From positions 1 through 64,000 of the forward strand of contig CAVWHX010000010.1 of NCBI GenBank assembly GCA_963754925.1: a stretch of 64,000 nt of DNA, given 5' to 3'. The notes below the pieces were generated by a model. It was not told the origin of the DNA. It saw only the letters and a program-made list of their open reading frames with translations, and ran no database searches. Positions 30,030-40,844 of this stretch are shown piece by piece. The translations under genes were made by a program, and so were the position numbers. The DNA comes from an uncultured delta proteobacterium. GTDB taxonomy: Bacteria > Myxococcota > B64-G9. Each line of letters starts with the position of its first letter. Within the stretch, counting starts at the first letter, position 1.

Positions 30030-30392
30030 ATGGTCGACGATCCGCGTTTTACTCGTATCGAGGACATCCTCGATAAGATTCATCAGACCGTAACGAAAAT
30101 TGAGAATTCTCATGGAGCTAAGATTGACGCAGTGGGTGAGGGTTTCAACGCAACAAACCAGCGACTCGATGGTATTGAGAAGCGGCTTAATTCTGTGGAG
30201 AACCGCCTCAATCAGGTAGAGACCCACCTCGACGGTGTGAAAATACATCTGGATCATGTTGAGAATCGCCTTGGTAACATTGATAAGGGCTTCGGGAACA
30301 TGAATAAAGTCAACAATCTTCTGCAATCCATCGCCAACGATCATGAAAACAGGTTGCAGGGAGTTGAAAGTAGCGTTCGAGGACACAACTGA
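30030..30392 (+). CDS. Small heptad-repeat coiled-coil protein
   Basis: RLDGIEK-RLNSVEN-RLNQVET-HLDGVKI-HLDHVEN-RLGNIDK heptads; GAGGG RBS before ATG 30030. Confidence 0.75.
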   Translation: MVDDPRFTRIEDILDKIHQTVTKIENSHGAKIDAVGEGFNATNQRLDGIEKRLNSVENRLNQVETHLDGVKIHLDHVENRLGNIDKGFGNMNKVNNLLQSIANDHENRLQGVESSVRGHN

Positions 30393-30499
30393 CATCCTAT
30401 CCATCGGCATTATTGGCAACAACCCTCAAAATTTCAAGCGGTAGGTAAGAACGCGGACAAAGTGCCTCTGATATTCATCACCGGAGAGGAGGCGAGAAT

Positions 30500-30946
30500 A
30501 TGGTAGAAGAAAGCAGGACCATTGAGGTAAATGTCGATCCTAAAAAGTTTTTCAAGGTAGTCACCGACTACCAGTCGTATCCGGAGTTTCTCAACGGCCA
30601 GGGATTGCGCCGGATAACCATCAACAAGGATGAGGGTGACATCAAGATAGTGACTCAGGAAGTAGAGCTTATGGGCTTTAAGGTAGCGTATACACTCCGT
30701 ATGGTGGAGGACAAGGCGCGGCAACAGGTATCGTGGTCGTTGGTCAAAGGCCAGCTGATGTCCCGCAATAATGGATCCTGGAAGATAGAAAAGCTTGGGC
30801 CTGGACGGAGCAGAGTGACCTATTCGCTTGAGCTCAAGCTTGGCATGCTTATTCCCTCGATAGTTACCACCAAGATCGCCGCAACCCAACTACCCGCAAT
30901 GCTTAACGCATTCAAAAGACGGGCAGAATCCCTCGGGAAAAAGTAA
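30500..30946 (+). CDS. SRPBCC/polyketide cyclase-like (Coq10/RatA-type) protein
   Basis: VVTDYQSYPEF, SWSLVKG..MSRNNGSW and LPAMLNAFKRRAE. Confidence 0.88.
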   Translation: MVEESRTIEVNVDPKKFFKVVTDYQSYPEFLNGQGLRRITINKDEGDIKIVTQEVELMGFKVAYTLRMVEDKARQQVSWSLVKGQLMSRNNGSWKIEKLGPGRSRVTYSLELKLGMLIPSIVTTKIAATQLPAMLNAFKRRAESLGKK

Positions 30947-30989
30947 GGCTTTCTTACTACCCTACCCTCTGTTATGTTTGTTTAAGTGT

Positions 30990-31116
30990 TTGGTTACCGC
31001 GCGTAGTGAGGCTGTGCGGCTTGGCTGCGGGGGACTCCCGCTTGAGCGCAGTCATCGCGTGTGGTTGCGATGACGAGCACAGCCGGGGGTGCCGAACGTT
31101 AAACAGCGGCAACCAA
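30990..31116. other. Structured 127-nt intergenic element (candidate ncRNA or MITE)
   Basis: Nested stems: TTGGTTACCGC/GCGGCAACCAA, GGCTGTGC/GCACAGCC, GTCATCGC/GCGATGAC and GCGGG/CCCGC. Confidence 0.55.
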
Positions 31117-31124
31117 CTAGTCTT

Positions 31125-32495
<1,371 letters not shown>

Positions 32496-32563
32496 TCACT
32501 CTAAGCAGGTCAACGTGAATTACCGGTTAAGGGAGAATGCAACGGATCAACAAGCAGAAAGAA

Positions 32564-32746
32564 TCAAGATCCAAAATCGATTATGACGGTTTGCGATTCA
32601 TCTTTACCATCGTCGTTGCGATTGGTATCGTAATCACTCTCTGAGTGTTCCTCAGTGGAGGGTATTTCCAACACCGGTCGGCGTTCTTCTCTTCGCCGCC
32701 GTTCTTCGCGTCTTTTGAGTTCCTCAATGATGAATGCGTCAAGCAT
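32564..32746 (-). CDS. Small charged hypothetical protein
   Basis: MLDAFIIEELKRREE...RPVLEIP...VIIDF; AGGT RBS; fills an otherwise empty gap. Confidence 0.65.
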   Translation of the reverse strand: MLDAFIIEELKRREERRRREERRPVLEIPSTEEHSESDYDTNRNDDGKDESQTVIIDFGS

Positions 32747-32962
32747 GGGGCACCTGTTTAAGTTGGCTAACTTTTAAGCTCCAATTCACTATATCGCAAT
32801 TTTTGTACCAATGTTTCCACCAATCTGCAAATTTTTAAAGTCATTTTGTTACAACTTCTTCTGAAATCATAATCGGTCATTTACTGCCGATCCTTACTCT
32901 TTTTACAGCAACTACGGTGAAAAACTGTCATACCTGCTGTGAAATTAATTCACCACTCCTTG

Positions 32963-33571
32963 CTATAAGGTAATTCCTAAAACGCCAAAGGCAAGAATTT
33001 GAACTCCGGGAAAGTTACTCGCTCCGATTGCCCCGCTCTCAAAACCTACCCAGAAGTGCTTGCGCGGCGTATGCCAGGTAAACCCAGCGCCTCCCTGCCA
33101 GCTAAATCGCAGCTTTCCGTCAAACTCCGGTATGCGAACCAAAATATCAGGTGCGACAAGAAGAAAACCAATCCCGCCACGCACGAAAAGATCGAACCTC
33201 CCCACCGGTAGGGTAAACCGCAGACCGGTGTGCAATGCGTTGCTGGCAAAGTCTCCTGGACGGGGCGGCGCAGGTTGGTGGGTGCCGAAAAGACTCGATG
33301 TCCAGGCAACCTCCGCAGCTAAAAACGAAAATATTTCATACCCTAGACCAAATGAAAAGGCCGGGCCCGGCCTGCTGTAGTCACCAATCTTACCAGACCA
33401 TAGAGCCGCTCCGAGCGTCGCTCGAATAGTCAATCCTCGATGAACCGGCGGCGGCTGCAGGCCTGGGCATTCAACTTCAGTGTCCGTGGCAGTTGCAAGA
33501 GACGAGAGGAGTAACAACGAAACTATGCCACTCGCAACAATTCGTAACGAGCCCATAGTATTAAGGCTCAT
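32963..33571 (-). CDS. Outer-membrane beta-barrel-like protein
   Basis: Signal peptide, alternating Gly/aromatic beta strands (FGLGYE, GLRFTL, FVRGGIG); ATGA-coupled to the upstream gene. Confidence 0.7.
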   Translation of the reverse strand: MSLNTMGSLRIVASGIVSLLLLSSLATATDTEVECPGLQPPPVHRGLTIRATLGAALWSGKIGDYSRPGPAFSFGLGYEIFSFLAAEVAWTSSLFGTHQPAPPRPGDFASNALHTGLRFTLPVGRFDLFVRGGIGFLLVAPDILVRIPEFDGKLRFSWQGGAGFTWHTPRKHFWVGFESGAIGASNFPGVQILAFGVLGITL

Positions 33572-34248
33572 CCGCCGCTCCGTACCCTGACGGTGTATTC
33601 TAGTGTTACACACTCAGTCGAATCCGACGGCAGGCTTAAACCAATAAGTACCTCATAGGGCGCTGGCCTCTTCCCCATCGATCCGTCACACTCCGGAAAA
33701 TACGTACCGGTCCAGGCTTGTTCCATTTCGGTCCATTCGGACTCAAGAAAGCTTTCGTCAAGAACGGCGCCGGGCATAAGCACATGTAAATGCTCGCTAA
33801 GTACCTCCACCTGCGGCAGATCTGGCAATACGTTGGGTAGATCCATGTCTGACTGAACGTCATCCCCAATCCAAACCATAACGTTGACGGGCGCCCCTTG
33901 CGATGGAACGTTGTTAGAAGAGCAGATAGTCGATGTTTCATGGGTTAGACGGTAATCGAGGCGGGTCAACTCGCTGCCGACCGTCAATACCGGATAATCA
34001 CATCGACAGGGAACTAACCGTTGGGGCTCGTCGATCTCGCAGCGCGTGAGCTGTTCGCGTTGTTGGCTTTTGCTCTTAGACAGCGGCATCCGAAAGGTAC
34101 GGCCGGCGGAGCGCTCTTGGATATCGGTGGGAACCCGGAGCTGATACGGTCCAAAGTAAGCTTCGTTGCGGCAGCCGGTATAAAGACAGACCGTTGGTAC
34201 CACCACAAGCAGCAGCCACGCCGTTTGCAGCAGCCGAGCTGGTATCAT
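33568..34248 (-). CDS. Hypothetical lipoprotein
   Basis: Hydrophobic signal ending LYTG-C; several Cys; ATGA-coupled on both sides. Confidence 0.7.
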   Translation of the reverse strand: MIPARLLQTAWLLLVVVPTVCLYTGCRNEAYFGPYQLRVPTDIQERSAGRTFRMPLSKSKSQQREQLTRCEIDEPQRLVPCRCDYPVLTVGSELTRLDYRLTHETSTICSSNNVPSQGAPVNVMVWIGDDVQSDMDLPNVLPDLPQVEVLSEHLHVLMPGAVLDESFLESEWTEMEQAWTGTYFPECDGSMGKRPAPYEVLIGLSLPSDSTECVTLEYTVRVRSGG

Positions 34249-35647
34249 TCTGCGCGTCCAAACGTAAATGGGTATAGAACCCGCACCTTGCCACCCTCAG
34301 GTTTAGGAAATTTCCATCGCTGAATGAAACGAACGATACAACCGATTACGTTATTTACCGCTTCAGCTTGTGTCAAGGTATGCTGAGCGATTTTTGCGGT
34401 TTAACCGAACCGTCCAACTCAATGATGAAGTCGGTTAAGATTTTCCCTCGCAACGTTGGAAAGCGCATGAGCTGAGACTCATAACAGTAACGAATGGCGT
34501 CTTTATTACGCAAGACCACATCGGCTATCTGCTTTTTTGACAACGTTCCTCCGGTAACCGATGCGTCATCAGCCGGCATGCTGACGACCACGCGCGCCTC
34601 CCGTCGTTCGGCCAGACGACTGTTCTCCGCAACCCGCCGAGCGGTCTGCCCGGTGCCGATGGCGCCTCCCTTGAGTCCCTCACCAAGTGCCTCGGCTGTT
34701 CCAACACGCGGAATCAACATCGGCGCAAGCTCAGGTCCGGTGCCCTCCGAACCGATTACCCGCACCGAGGCCGCACCCTTGTCGAGCTTCTGCAAAGCGT
34801 TGTCCAAGCTTAGCCCCAGCCCGCCTTCGTCAAGGACATGCCGCAGCGCGCCGTCTTTTTGGCGAGCGGCTTGGATCGCCCCGACGACGCCGGCGCTGGC
34901 TACTTTCTGTCGCAGACGTTCTTGGTCCGTATCAGTCGCCGGCGTTGGTTTATGGTCCGCGGCCTCACGCGGCGACGCCTTAGGTTGGGTTTCATCTGGT
35001 TGCCGTTGTTTGGTTTCTTGCTCTTTGTTCCAGCGCTGAATTTCCTGGCTGAACTCCCGCACCCGTTCAGGGTCATCGATCATGTACGATACGATGCGCT
35101 CGGGTATTTGTTCGACAACAAAAGCACTGGGCGTGCTCCCCAAAAGGCGCGATACCATAGCGATGAGTATGGCGAAGGCCAACGTGACCGTAAACATCCG
35201 GGTCATCGGTCGCTCCAAACCGAGGAGTGTCGAAACCGAGTTGGTTTGTACCTCTCCCAGATTCCGGGTAAAGTCAAACAGGATCCCCACGCGGCCAAAA
35301 ACCAACACCCCGCCGTCATGTTCATTGAGGATGTAGTGCTGTTCATCACCTCGTTTGTGGGCGATTGATTCCGGATGGAGCAACTCCTCTACCTCATGGG
35401 TTTGGCCGCCGAGGCGCACACGGCCAAGCATGCCGGGCTTGAGATAGAGTTCAGCACCGCTTTTCTTATGACGGAAAAGGCAATGACCGTCTCCAAGAAT
35501 TGGTGATTCGATCGTAAACGTCGCAGCAGAACTATTTCCAATCGTGATCTTTTTCCCGGGTGAAAAGATCTCTTCTTTTACAACGGTACGCTGCCAGATC
35601 AAGGCGCAGCGCAGGTAGATCGGTCTCTTCGCCACAAAATTCACCAT
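34245..35647 (-). CDS. AgmX/PglI-type TonB C-terminal domain protein (GltG-like); one frameshift near 34401
   Basis: FHA-like N-terminus, one TM, IRYCYESQL...LRGK. Adding one A restores ...GCIVRFIQRWKFPKPEGGKVRVLYPFTFGRAE*, which ends in an ATGA overlap at 34245-34248. Confidence 0.85.
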
Positions 35648-35793
35648 AGCCAAACGCCAGGTTGAATTGTCCGTCACCCTCTAAGACGTGTCAAGGAACT
35701 CGACGGTTGATATTTTTTATAACTGTTCAAAATAAAATAGATATATAACGTGAGCTGGAGATAAAAACGGTAGGTGTTTTGGTGTTCTGTGCG

Positions 35794-36579
35794 TCACCAT
35801 CGCGCATGCATGTGGTTGAGCAAAACCTCTATCTCAGACACCAGCATGGGGATGACTTCTCCGGCTGGCCCGGTCAGTTGGTAATCGGCAAAACCTTCCG
35901 AGATAATGGTTTGATCGGTGTTGATCTCCACCAACATGGCTCCTGATTTCTTAGCCACAACGGGCAGGTAGGAGGCAGGTGCGACCATAACCGAGGTCCC
36001 GATCATCAATACCACATCCGCAAGCTGGGTCAGGCGCATAGCCTCGCGGAGTTCATCAACGGGAAGCTGCTCACCAAAAAAAATCACATCCGGTTTCATG
36101 ATCTTGTTGCAGGTGGGGCACAACGGCGGGAACTCTACATCCCAGTGAGCTTTGGCCTCAAGGGCATCCCGGTATGCGCCGCATTTGAGGCAACGTAACC
36201 GCTGGGAGTTGCCATGAAGCTCGATCACGTTCTTTGATCCCGCCTGTTGATGAAGGTCGTCGATATTCTGGGTGATCACAACCTGGAGGACACCGAGCTC
36301 TTCAAGGCGGGCGAGCCCGCGGTGAGCCGGGTTAGGTTTCGCGGCGTGAAGCATTTCAGCCAGCTCGCGGATCATGGTCCAAACTTTTTCTGGATTCTTT
36401 CTAAAGGCTGCTATCGAGGCGTATTCCATTGGGTTGAATCGTTCCCATAACCCACCGGAACTACGAAAATCTGGTATGCCAGATTCAACGCTAATCCCTG
36501 CCCCCGTGACCGCTAAATTCTTTCCGTGTTTCCCCGCCATCCGCCTCGCCACGAGTTTCAGGACATCTATATCCATCAC
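35794..36579 (-). CDS. cobB: NAD-dependent protein deacylase (Sir2/CobB)
   Basis: TGAGISVESGIPDFRS, TQNIDDLH, ELHG, CxxC..CxxC, KPDVIFFGE and GTS. Confidence 0.93.
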   Translation of the reverse strand: MMDIDVLKLVARRMAGKHGKNLAVTGAGISVESGIPDFRSSGGLWERFNPMEYASIAAFRKNPEKVWTMIRELAEMLHAAKPNPAHRGLARLEELGVLQVVITQNIDDLHQQAGSKNVIELHGNSQRLRCLKCGAYRDALEAKAHWDVEFPPLCPTCNKIMKPDVIFFGEQLPVDELREAMRLTQLADVVLMIGTSVMVAPASYLPVVAKKSGAMLVEINTDQTIISEGFADYQLTGPAGEVIPMLVSEIEVLLNHMHARW

Positions 36580-36740
36580 GATGCCTCTTTACAATCATTC
36601 CGAAATATCATAGCGCTTTAGGAACTCACATTGCTATGGATACTATATTCTCGGCCCGATCGGTTGATGTCAATATAATAGATTTTGAATAGACTATATT
36701 TTATTATGGGGTCGTCACGTTGTAGTATCATTCGAACACC

Positions 36741-37256
36741 ATGCAGAGAATCCATCGACATAGACGACGGTTAACAACACCGGTGCCGCTGAGTAAAGTC
36801 ATTAACAGCCACTCCCGGCGCTGGAAGATGCAGGCATTGCACCGGATTGAAATCATTCGCCGCAAATGGCGAGAGGTAACTGGTGAGTACGTGGCTACTC
36901 ACGTGGTGCCCGTGCGGTTGGTGCGTAAGACCCTGCGGTTGGCTGCTGAAGATGCAGCCTGGGCCTCTGAAATGACCTACTTGAAGAGCGATCTGCTTGA
37001 GCGCCTCCAACAGGTGATACCGAAGGGCTGGATTGAAGACATCCACGTGGTCGCCTCAGAGCCGCTCGGTTCCGATCTTCCCCATGTACAGACCACGCCT
37101 GCGCTCCCGCCGCTTACCGCGGAGATGGAGCAAAAAGCTTTCGCCTTGACTAACACTGCCTTAAACGCAAACGCTGATCCAACCCTGGTCGCCGCAATTC
37201 AACGCGCCATAATCGCAGCACTGAGAAGAAATGACGACCGCACTGAGAAGGAATGA
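36741..37256 (+). CDS. DUF721/DciA-family protein
   Basis: WREVTGEYVATHVVP...LRLAAEDAAWASEMTYLKSDLLERL pattern. Confidence 0.8.
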   Translation: MQRIHRHRRRLTTPVPLSKVINSHSRRWKMQALHRIEIIRRKWREVTGEYVATHVVPVRLVRKTLRLAAEDAAWASEMTYLKSDLLERLQQVIPKGWIEDIHVVASEPLGSDLPHVQTTPALPPLTAEMEQKAFALTNTALNANADPTLVAAIQRAIIAALRRNDDRTEKE

Positions 37257-37268
37257 AGGAAGGTAGTA

Positions 37269-38018
37269 TTACCGGTGACGGGGATAGAGCATGCCCTGTA
37301 CTTCATCGGTGTAACGTCCATCCGACCCATAAAGGATCAACGTTGGTTCAATTTTTAATTTTCCCCGGCCGCCGCGCACCGCCTCAAGCAAACAGGTCTT
37401 GGGCGACAGCTCGGGTCGGCCTTGAACCAGACGAAGTCGCGTTGGGCACATCCGGTGATCCTCACAGAGACGCAGCAGCTCAGGCAACCGGCCCGGCGGT
37501 AGAACGATAGTAAATCGACCGCGCGGCGCCAGCAACCGCCTGGCCGCAGTTACCACATCGGGCAGTGTACACAGAATTTCATGTCGGGCGCAGGCCCGCT
37601 CGGTGTGACGATTGACATGTCCGCTGCCGCCTTGAGCATACGGCGGATTGGAAACCACCAGATCGAAGGCCCCTGCCGGAAGCACACCCTCAAGACGCCG
37701 CAGATCCGCCGTGATAATCGAGATCTTCTCACTCAAGCGGTTGTGCGCCACCGAACGCTGCGCGCGTTGGGCGAGCTGCGGTTGGATCTCAATGGCCGTC
37801 ATCGATTGAACGGTTCCGAAGAACGTCAGCACCAGCGGGATTACTCCGGTACCGGTTCCAAGATCCACTCCCCGACGAGCTCCGGCAGGTATAAATGAAG
37901 CGAGGAGAAGCGTCTCAATACCAAAACGGTAGCCCGCGGTAGCCTGGTAGACCTCAATTTCGCCACAGATACGATCGAGTGTTTCGGATCCATCCCCGAT
38001 AGGCGACCGACGAGGCAT
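37269..38018 (-). CDS. tRNA1(Val) A37 N6-methyltransferase-like (YfiC/TrmN6) SAM methyltransferase
   Basis: GYRFGIETLLLA, VDLGTGTGVIPL, VSNPPY and ARHE; true start ATG 38018. Confidence 0.88.
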   Translation of the reverse strand: MPRRSPIGDGSETLDRICGEIEVYQATAGYRFGIETLLLASFIPAGARRGVDLGTGTGVIPLVLTFFGTVQSMTAIEIQPQLAQRAQRSVAHNRLSEKISIITADLRRLEGVLPAGAFDLVVSNPPYAQGGSGHVNRHTERACARHEILCTLPDVVTAARRLLAPRGRFTIVLPPGRLPELLRLCEDHRMCPTRLRLVQGRPELSPKTCLLEAVRGGRGKLKIEPTLILYGSDGRYTDEVQGMLYPRHR

Positions 38019-38022
38019 GGCG

Positions 38023-39468
38023 TTAGTAACCCCGCGAGAAAAGTACCGCCCAGATAGTTTTAGCAGCAATGCGTATATCAAGGCCCAGCGACCAATTTTC
38101 GATATAGTGTATATCGAGACTAACCATGTCCTCAAAACTGAGTCGATTTCGCCCCGATACCTGCCACAGGCCGGTGATCCCGGGTTGCGCTTCGAGCCGC
38201 CTTCGATGGCGCTCGCGGTACATGGCCACTTCATAGGGAATCGGCGGCCGCGGTCCAATGAGACTCATATCGCCCTTGACCACGTTGATTAGCTGGGGCA
38301 GTTCATCGACCGAAAAACGCCTCATCAAGCGACCGACCGGGGTGATGCGCGGGTCGTCCTTTTGTTTGAAAACGGGAGATTGACCGTGCTGTCCGACGGG
38401 CATATTTTCGCCGATCACCTTTGCCATGGTTTCGCGGTGTCCGTTTTCATCTCCATCGACAATCATCGAGCGGAACTTGTAAAAGTTAAAAATCTGTCCG
38501 TTGTGCCCTACCCGCTCTTGAACAAAGAGCACTGGCCCGCGTGAAGTGATTTTAATCAATGCCGCGATAACAGCCATGAGCGGACTCAGAAGTACGATTA
38601 ATACCAACGCCACCACTAAATCCAGCGCTCGTTTAATAACCCGATTGAGCCCAACGATGTTTGAGCCCGATGGTCCAATCACGGGAAACCCAACAAGATC
38701 GGCGAGGCGGAGTCGATCTAAAAAAAGCTCAAACAAATCTGGCAGGACCACCCAAGCCACCTGATGACGGAGGCAGCAATCGATGGTATTCAAGAGCTCC
38801 TCACGACCGAGATCACCGCGTATCAGCACCACGCGATCGAATCGCTCACGGGTTAAGAACCGTCCGAGCTCACTTATTTCTCCCAAGCGCCGTACTCCAT
38901 CCGGCAACTGCAGTCCAGCGCGGGTGAGGATGCCACCCAATTCGTAAGGATTGTCCGGCGCGCTGAGGCGCGTCAGGAGCTCGTCGGTCTCCGTGGTCCA
39001 GCCGACAATGAGGAGTCGTTCCCGCACGGGCTGCCAGTGCATGAGTCGAATTTTAATTCTGTTAAATATTTCCCGAAAAGATATGGTCAACACTAACGAT
39101 AGCGGAACTAAGAAGAGCGCAGCCCCGCGGGAATATGAAAATCCGCGGTAGAAAAACGTTGTAGCGAACATGACTACAAAGGCTGTTATCTGAGCCTTGA
39201 CAATGCGATAGAGCTCCTCGCGTCTACTCAAGCGAGGCGCATACAATCCAAACAAGCTAAAAATAATAAACCAGCTGAGCAATAGGTACGGCATGGCGTG
39301 GTAAAGAGCCGCCCAGGGCGCAGCACCTTCTTTGAAGATAGGCCAAAAAATATCCCCGACGATGCCGTAACGGAGATCGAATGCCACGTTAGCGGCTAAA
39401 AAAAAGGCAAGAAGATCGAGGAGGATCTTGATACCACGCTCTATTGAACTATCTTTTCTCGGAACCAT
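38023..39468 (-). CDS. Polyprenyl-phosphate sugar-1-phosphate transferase (WcaJ/WbaP type)
   Basis: 4 N-terminal TMs, then KRALD, FYKFRSM, DDPRITPVG, DELPQL, GPRP and PGITGLWQVSGR. Confidence 0.95.
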   Translation of the reverse strand: MVPRKDSSIERGIKILLDLLAFFLAANVAFDLRYGIVGDIFWPIFKEGAAPWAALYHAMPYLLLSWFIIFSLFGLYAPRLSRREELYRIVKAQITAFVVMFATTFFYRGFSYSRGAALFLVPLSLVLTISFREIFNRIKIRLMHWQPVRERLLIVGWTTETDELLTRLSAPDNPYELGGILTRAGLQLPDGVRRLGEISELGRFLTRERFDRVVLIRGDLGREELLNTIDCCLRHQVAWVVLPDLFELFLDRLRLADLVGFPVIGPSGSNIVGLNRVIKRALDLVVALVLIVLLSPLMAVIAALIKITSRGPVLFVQERVGHNGQIFNFYKFRSMIVDGDENGHRETMAKVIGENMPVGQHGQSPVFKQKDDPRITPVGRLMRRFSVDELPQLINVVKGDMSLIGPRPPIPYEVAMYRERHRRRLEAQPGITGLWQVSGRNRLSFEDMVSLDIHYIENWSLGLDIRIAAKTIWAVLFSRGY

Positions 39469-39482
39469 AACCTTGAAAAGCG

Positions 39483-39515
39483 TTTATAGCGACTTTCGGT
39501 GCACTTGACAAGTGC
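39483..39515 (-). promoter_or_regulatory. Promoter of the priming transferase with a palindrome over -35
   Basis: Minus strand TTGTCA(39511-39506)-N17-TATAAA(39488-39483); perfect palindrome GCACTTG-A-CAAGTGC (39501-39515). Confidence 0.55.
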
Positions 39516-39533
39516 TCCGTCACTTCCCAACGC

Positions 39534-40715
39534 TCAACCGCATCCCAGTTTACGGTAGAGCTCGATCAGATTTTGTTTTTCGTTTTTCCAAGAATACCGC
39601 GCGACTCGGCGCAGCCCTTCTGAACGCAACTCGGCGCGACGTCGGGGATCTTTTGCCAAGCGCACCATGGCAGCAGCTAGTGCATCAACATCCCCCGGTG
39701 GGACGAATTCAATGCCACCGTCGCGAAAGGTTTCAGCCAACAATTTTGTGGAACTGGCGAGGACTGGACAACCCATCTGGAGAGCTTCGAGCACCTTAGT
39801 GGGAAGCAAGAGATCGAGAAGTTCGTCCTGCCGATTGGGCACTACTGAAAGGTCGGCCCTGACCAACGCTTGTGCAATCTCCTCTTGACTCACCTCCCCG
39901 CGCAGCGTGACCCGACCCCGAAGATCGGACTGTGCGGCGCGTCGTTCCAATTCTGGAAGCAAATCGCCATCACCATATATCTCCAGCCGTGCGTTCGGAA
40001 GATGCGACAAAACTCGAGCGAATGATTCAAGGAGCACATCCTCTCCGTAGCGGCGTAACAGCGTGCCATGATGCATCACCACAAATTCTCGATGGTTGCG
40101 CTTCCTATCGGTCGCCAGAGCAGGATCAAAGATCTGAGGATCTGCGCAATTGTGCAGTACCAGAATTTTATCAGCTGGCGTGCCGCGTTCAACCATCAAA
40201 CACTTGAATGCTTCGGTAACCGTGATAACTCGATCGGCCAACGCGCAAGAGCCCCTCTCGGCAACCGAGGTCAATCGGCGCGCCAATTGCCCTCCAACGC
40301 CACCGAAACGCGAGGTATAGAGCTCGGGGGTAAGGTCGTGGTCATCGAGAATTAATTTCGCACCGCGCAGTTTAGCACTTAACCCCGCGCCGATGAGAAA
40401 ATCCGGCGGCGTATGGATATGCACCACACCGAAGCGAGAGCGGGCGTGAAGCCGGCCGACGGTCCAACCGGCGGCGGTGGTGAAGGCAAGGTATTCCCCC
40501 AAATAGATCGGTACGTTGCTTCCTCGGTGGCGCTGTATCGGCAGACGCACCACGTCAAGATCGCGCCAGCGTTCTTCGGCTGCTTCCCCCTGTTGACGGA
40601 GAGCGACGACGGTTACCTGATACCCGGCTTCGGCTAGCGCCAAAGCTTCTCGCCGCACCCGCACATCTCGTGGGAAATAATGATGCACTACCATGCACAC
40701 GCGAGAGCTATCCAT
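39534..40715 (-). CDS. Glycosyltransferase family 4
   Basis: DVRVRREA, HTPPDFL, DHDLTPE and PTKVLEALQMGCPV. Confidence 0.92.
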   Translation of the reverse strand: MDSSRVCMVVHHYFPRDVRVRREALALAEAGYQVTVVALRQQGEAAEERWRDLDVVRLPIQRHRGSNVPIYLGEYLAFTTAAGWTVGRLHARSRFGVVHIHTPPDFLIGAGLSAKLRGAKLILDDHDLTPELYTSRFGGVGGQLARRLTSVAERGSCALADRVITVTEAFKCLMVERGTPADKILVLHNCADPQIFDPALATDRKRNHREFVVMHHGTLLRRYGEDVLLESFARVLSHLPNARLEIYGDGDLLPELERRAAQSDLRGRVTLRGEVSQEEIAQALVRADLSVVPNRQDELLDLLLPTKVLEALQMGCPVLASSTKLLAETFRDGGIEFVPPGDVDALAAAMVRLAKDPRRRAELRSEGLRRVARYSWKNEKQNLIELYRKLGCG

Positions 40716-40751
40716 GAAGTGCCCTTTCTAGCGACGACGCCAAAGCCATCC

Positions 40752-40780
40752 TTGACCTCCATCATGGTGTTGGTTATTAT
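40752..40780 (+). promoter_or_regulatory. Sigma70-like promoter for wzm-wzt
   Basis: TTGACC(40752-40757)-N17-TATTAT(40775-40780). Confidence 0.6.
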
Positions 40781-40844
40781 GGCCGCAAATTTCGCTGGAA
40801 GAGTACACAACTATTATTTTGTTTTCAAGTGAGCGATCAGTCCA

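Noticed and set aside
30150..30290. DNA tandem repeat in the coiled-coil gene
   Set aside because: The periodicity is at the protein heptad level and the nucleotide copies are diverged.
30990..31116. Pistol ribozyme (CGTTAAACAG resembles its conserved core) or attC
   Set aside because: There is no pseudoknot partner or downstream GCG/P3 arrangement, and the AAC and GTT boxes are adjacent rather than at the ends.
35794..36579. Sir2 anti-phage effector (Thoeris/DSR)
   Set aside because: Stand-alone 261-aa protein with the Zn-binding module of housekeeping CobB and no defence partners nearby.
36580..36740. Replication origin next to the DciA-like gene
   Set aside because: AT-rich but no DnaA-box cluster, and no dnaA/dnaN in the window.
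38019..38258. Long N-terminal extensions in the ORF track (also 14052-14123, 25541-25615, 41387-41608)
   Set aside because: They overlap neighbouring genes in another frame; downstream ATGs match the family starts.
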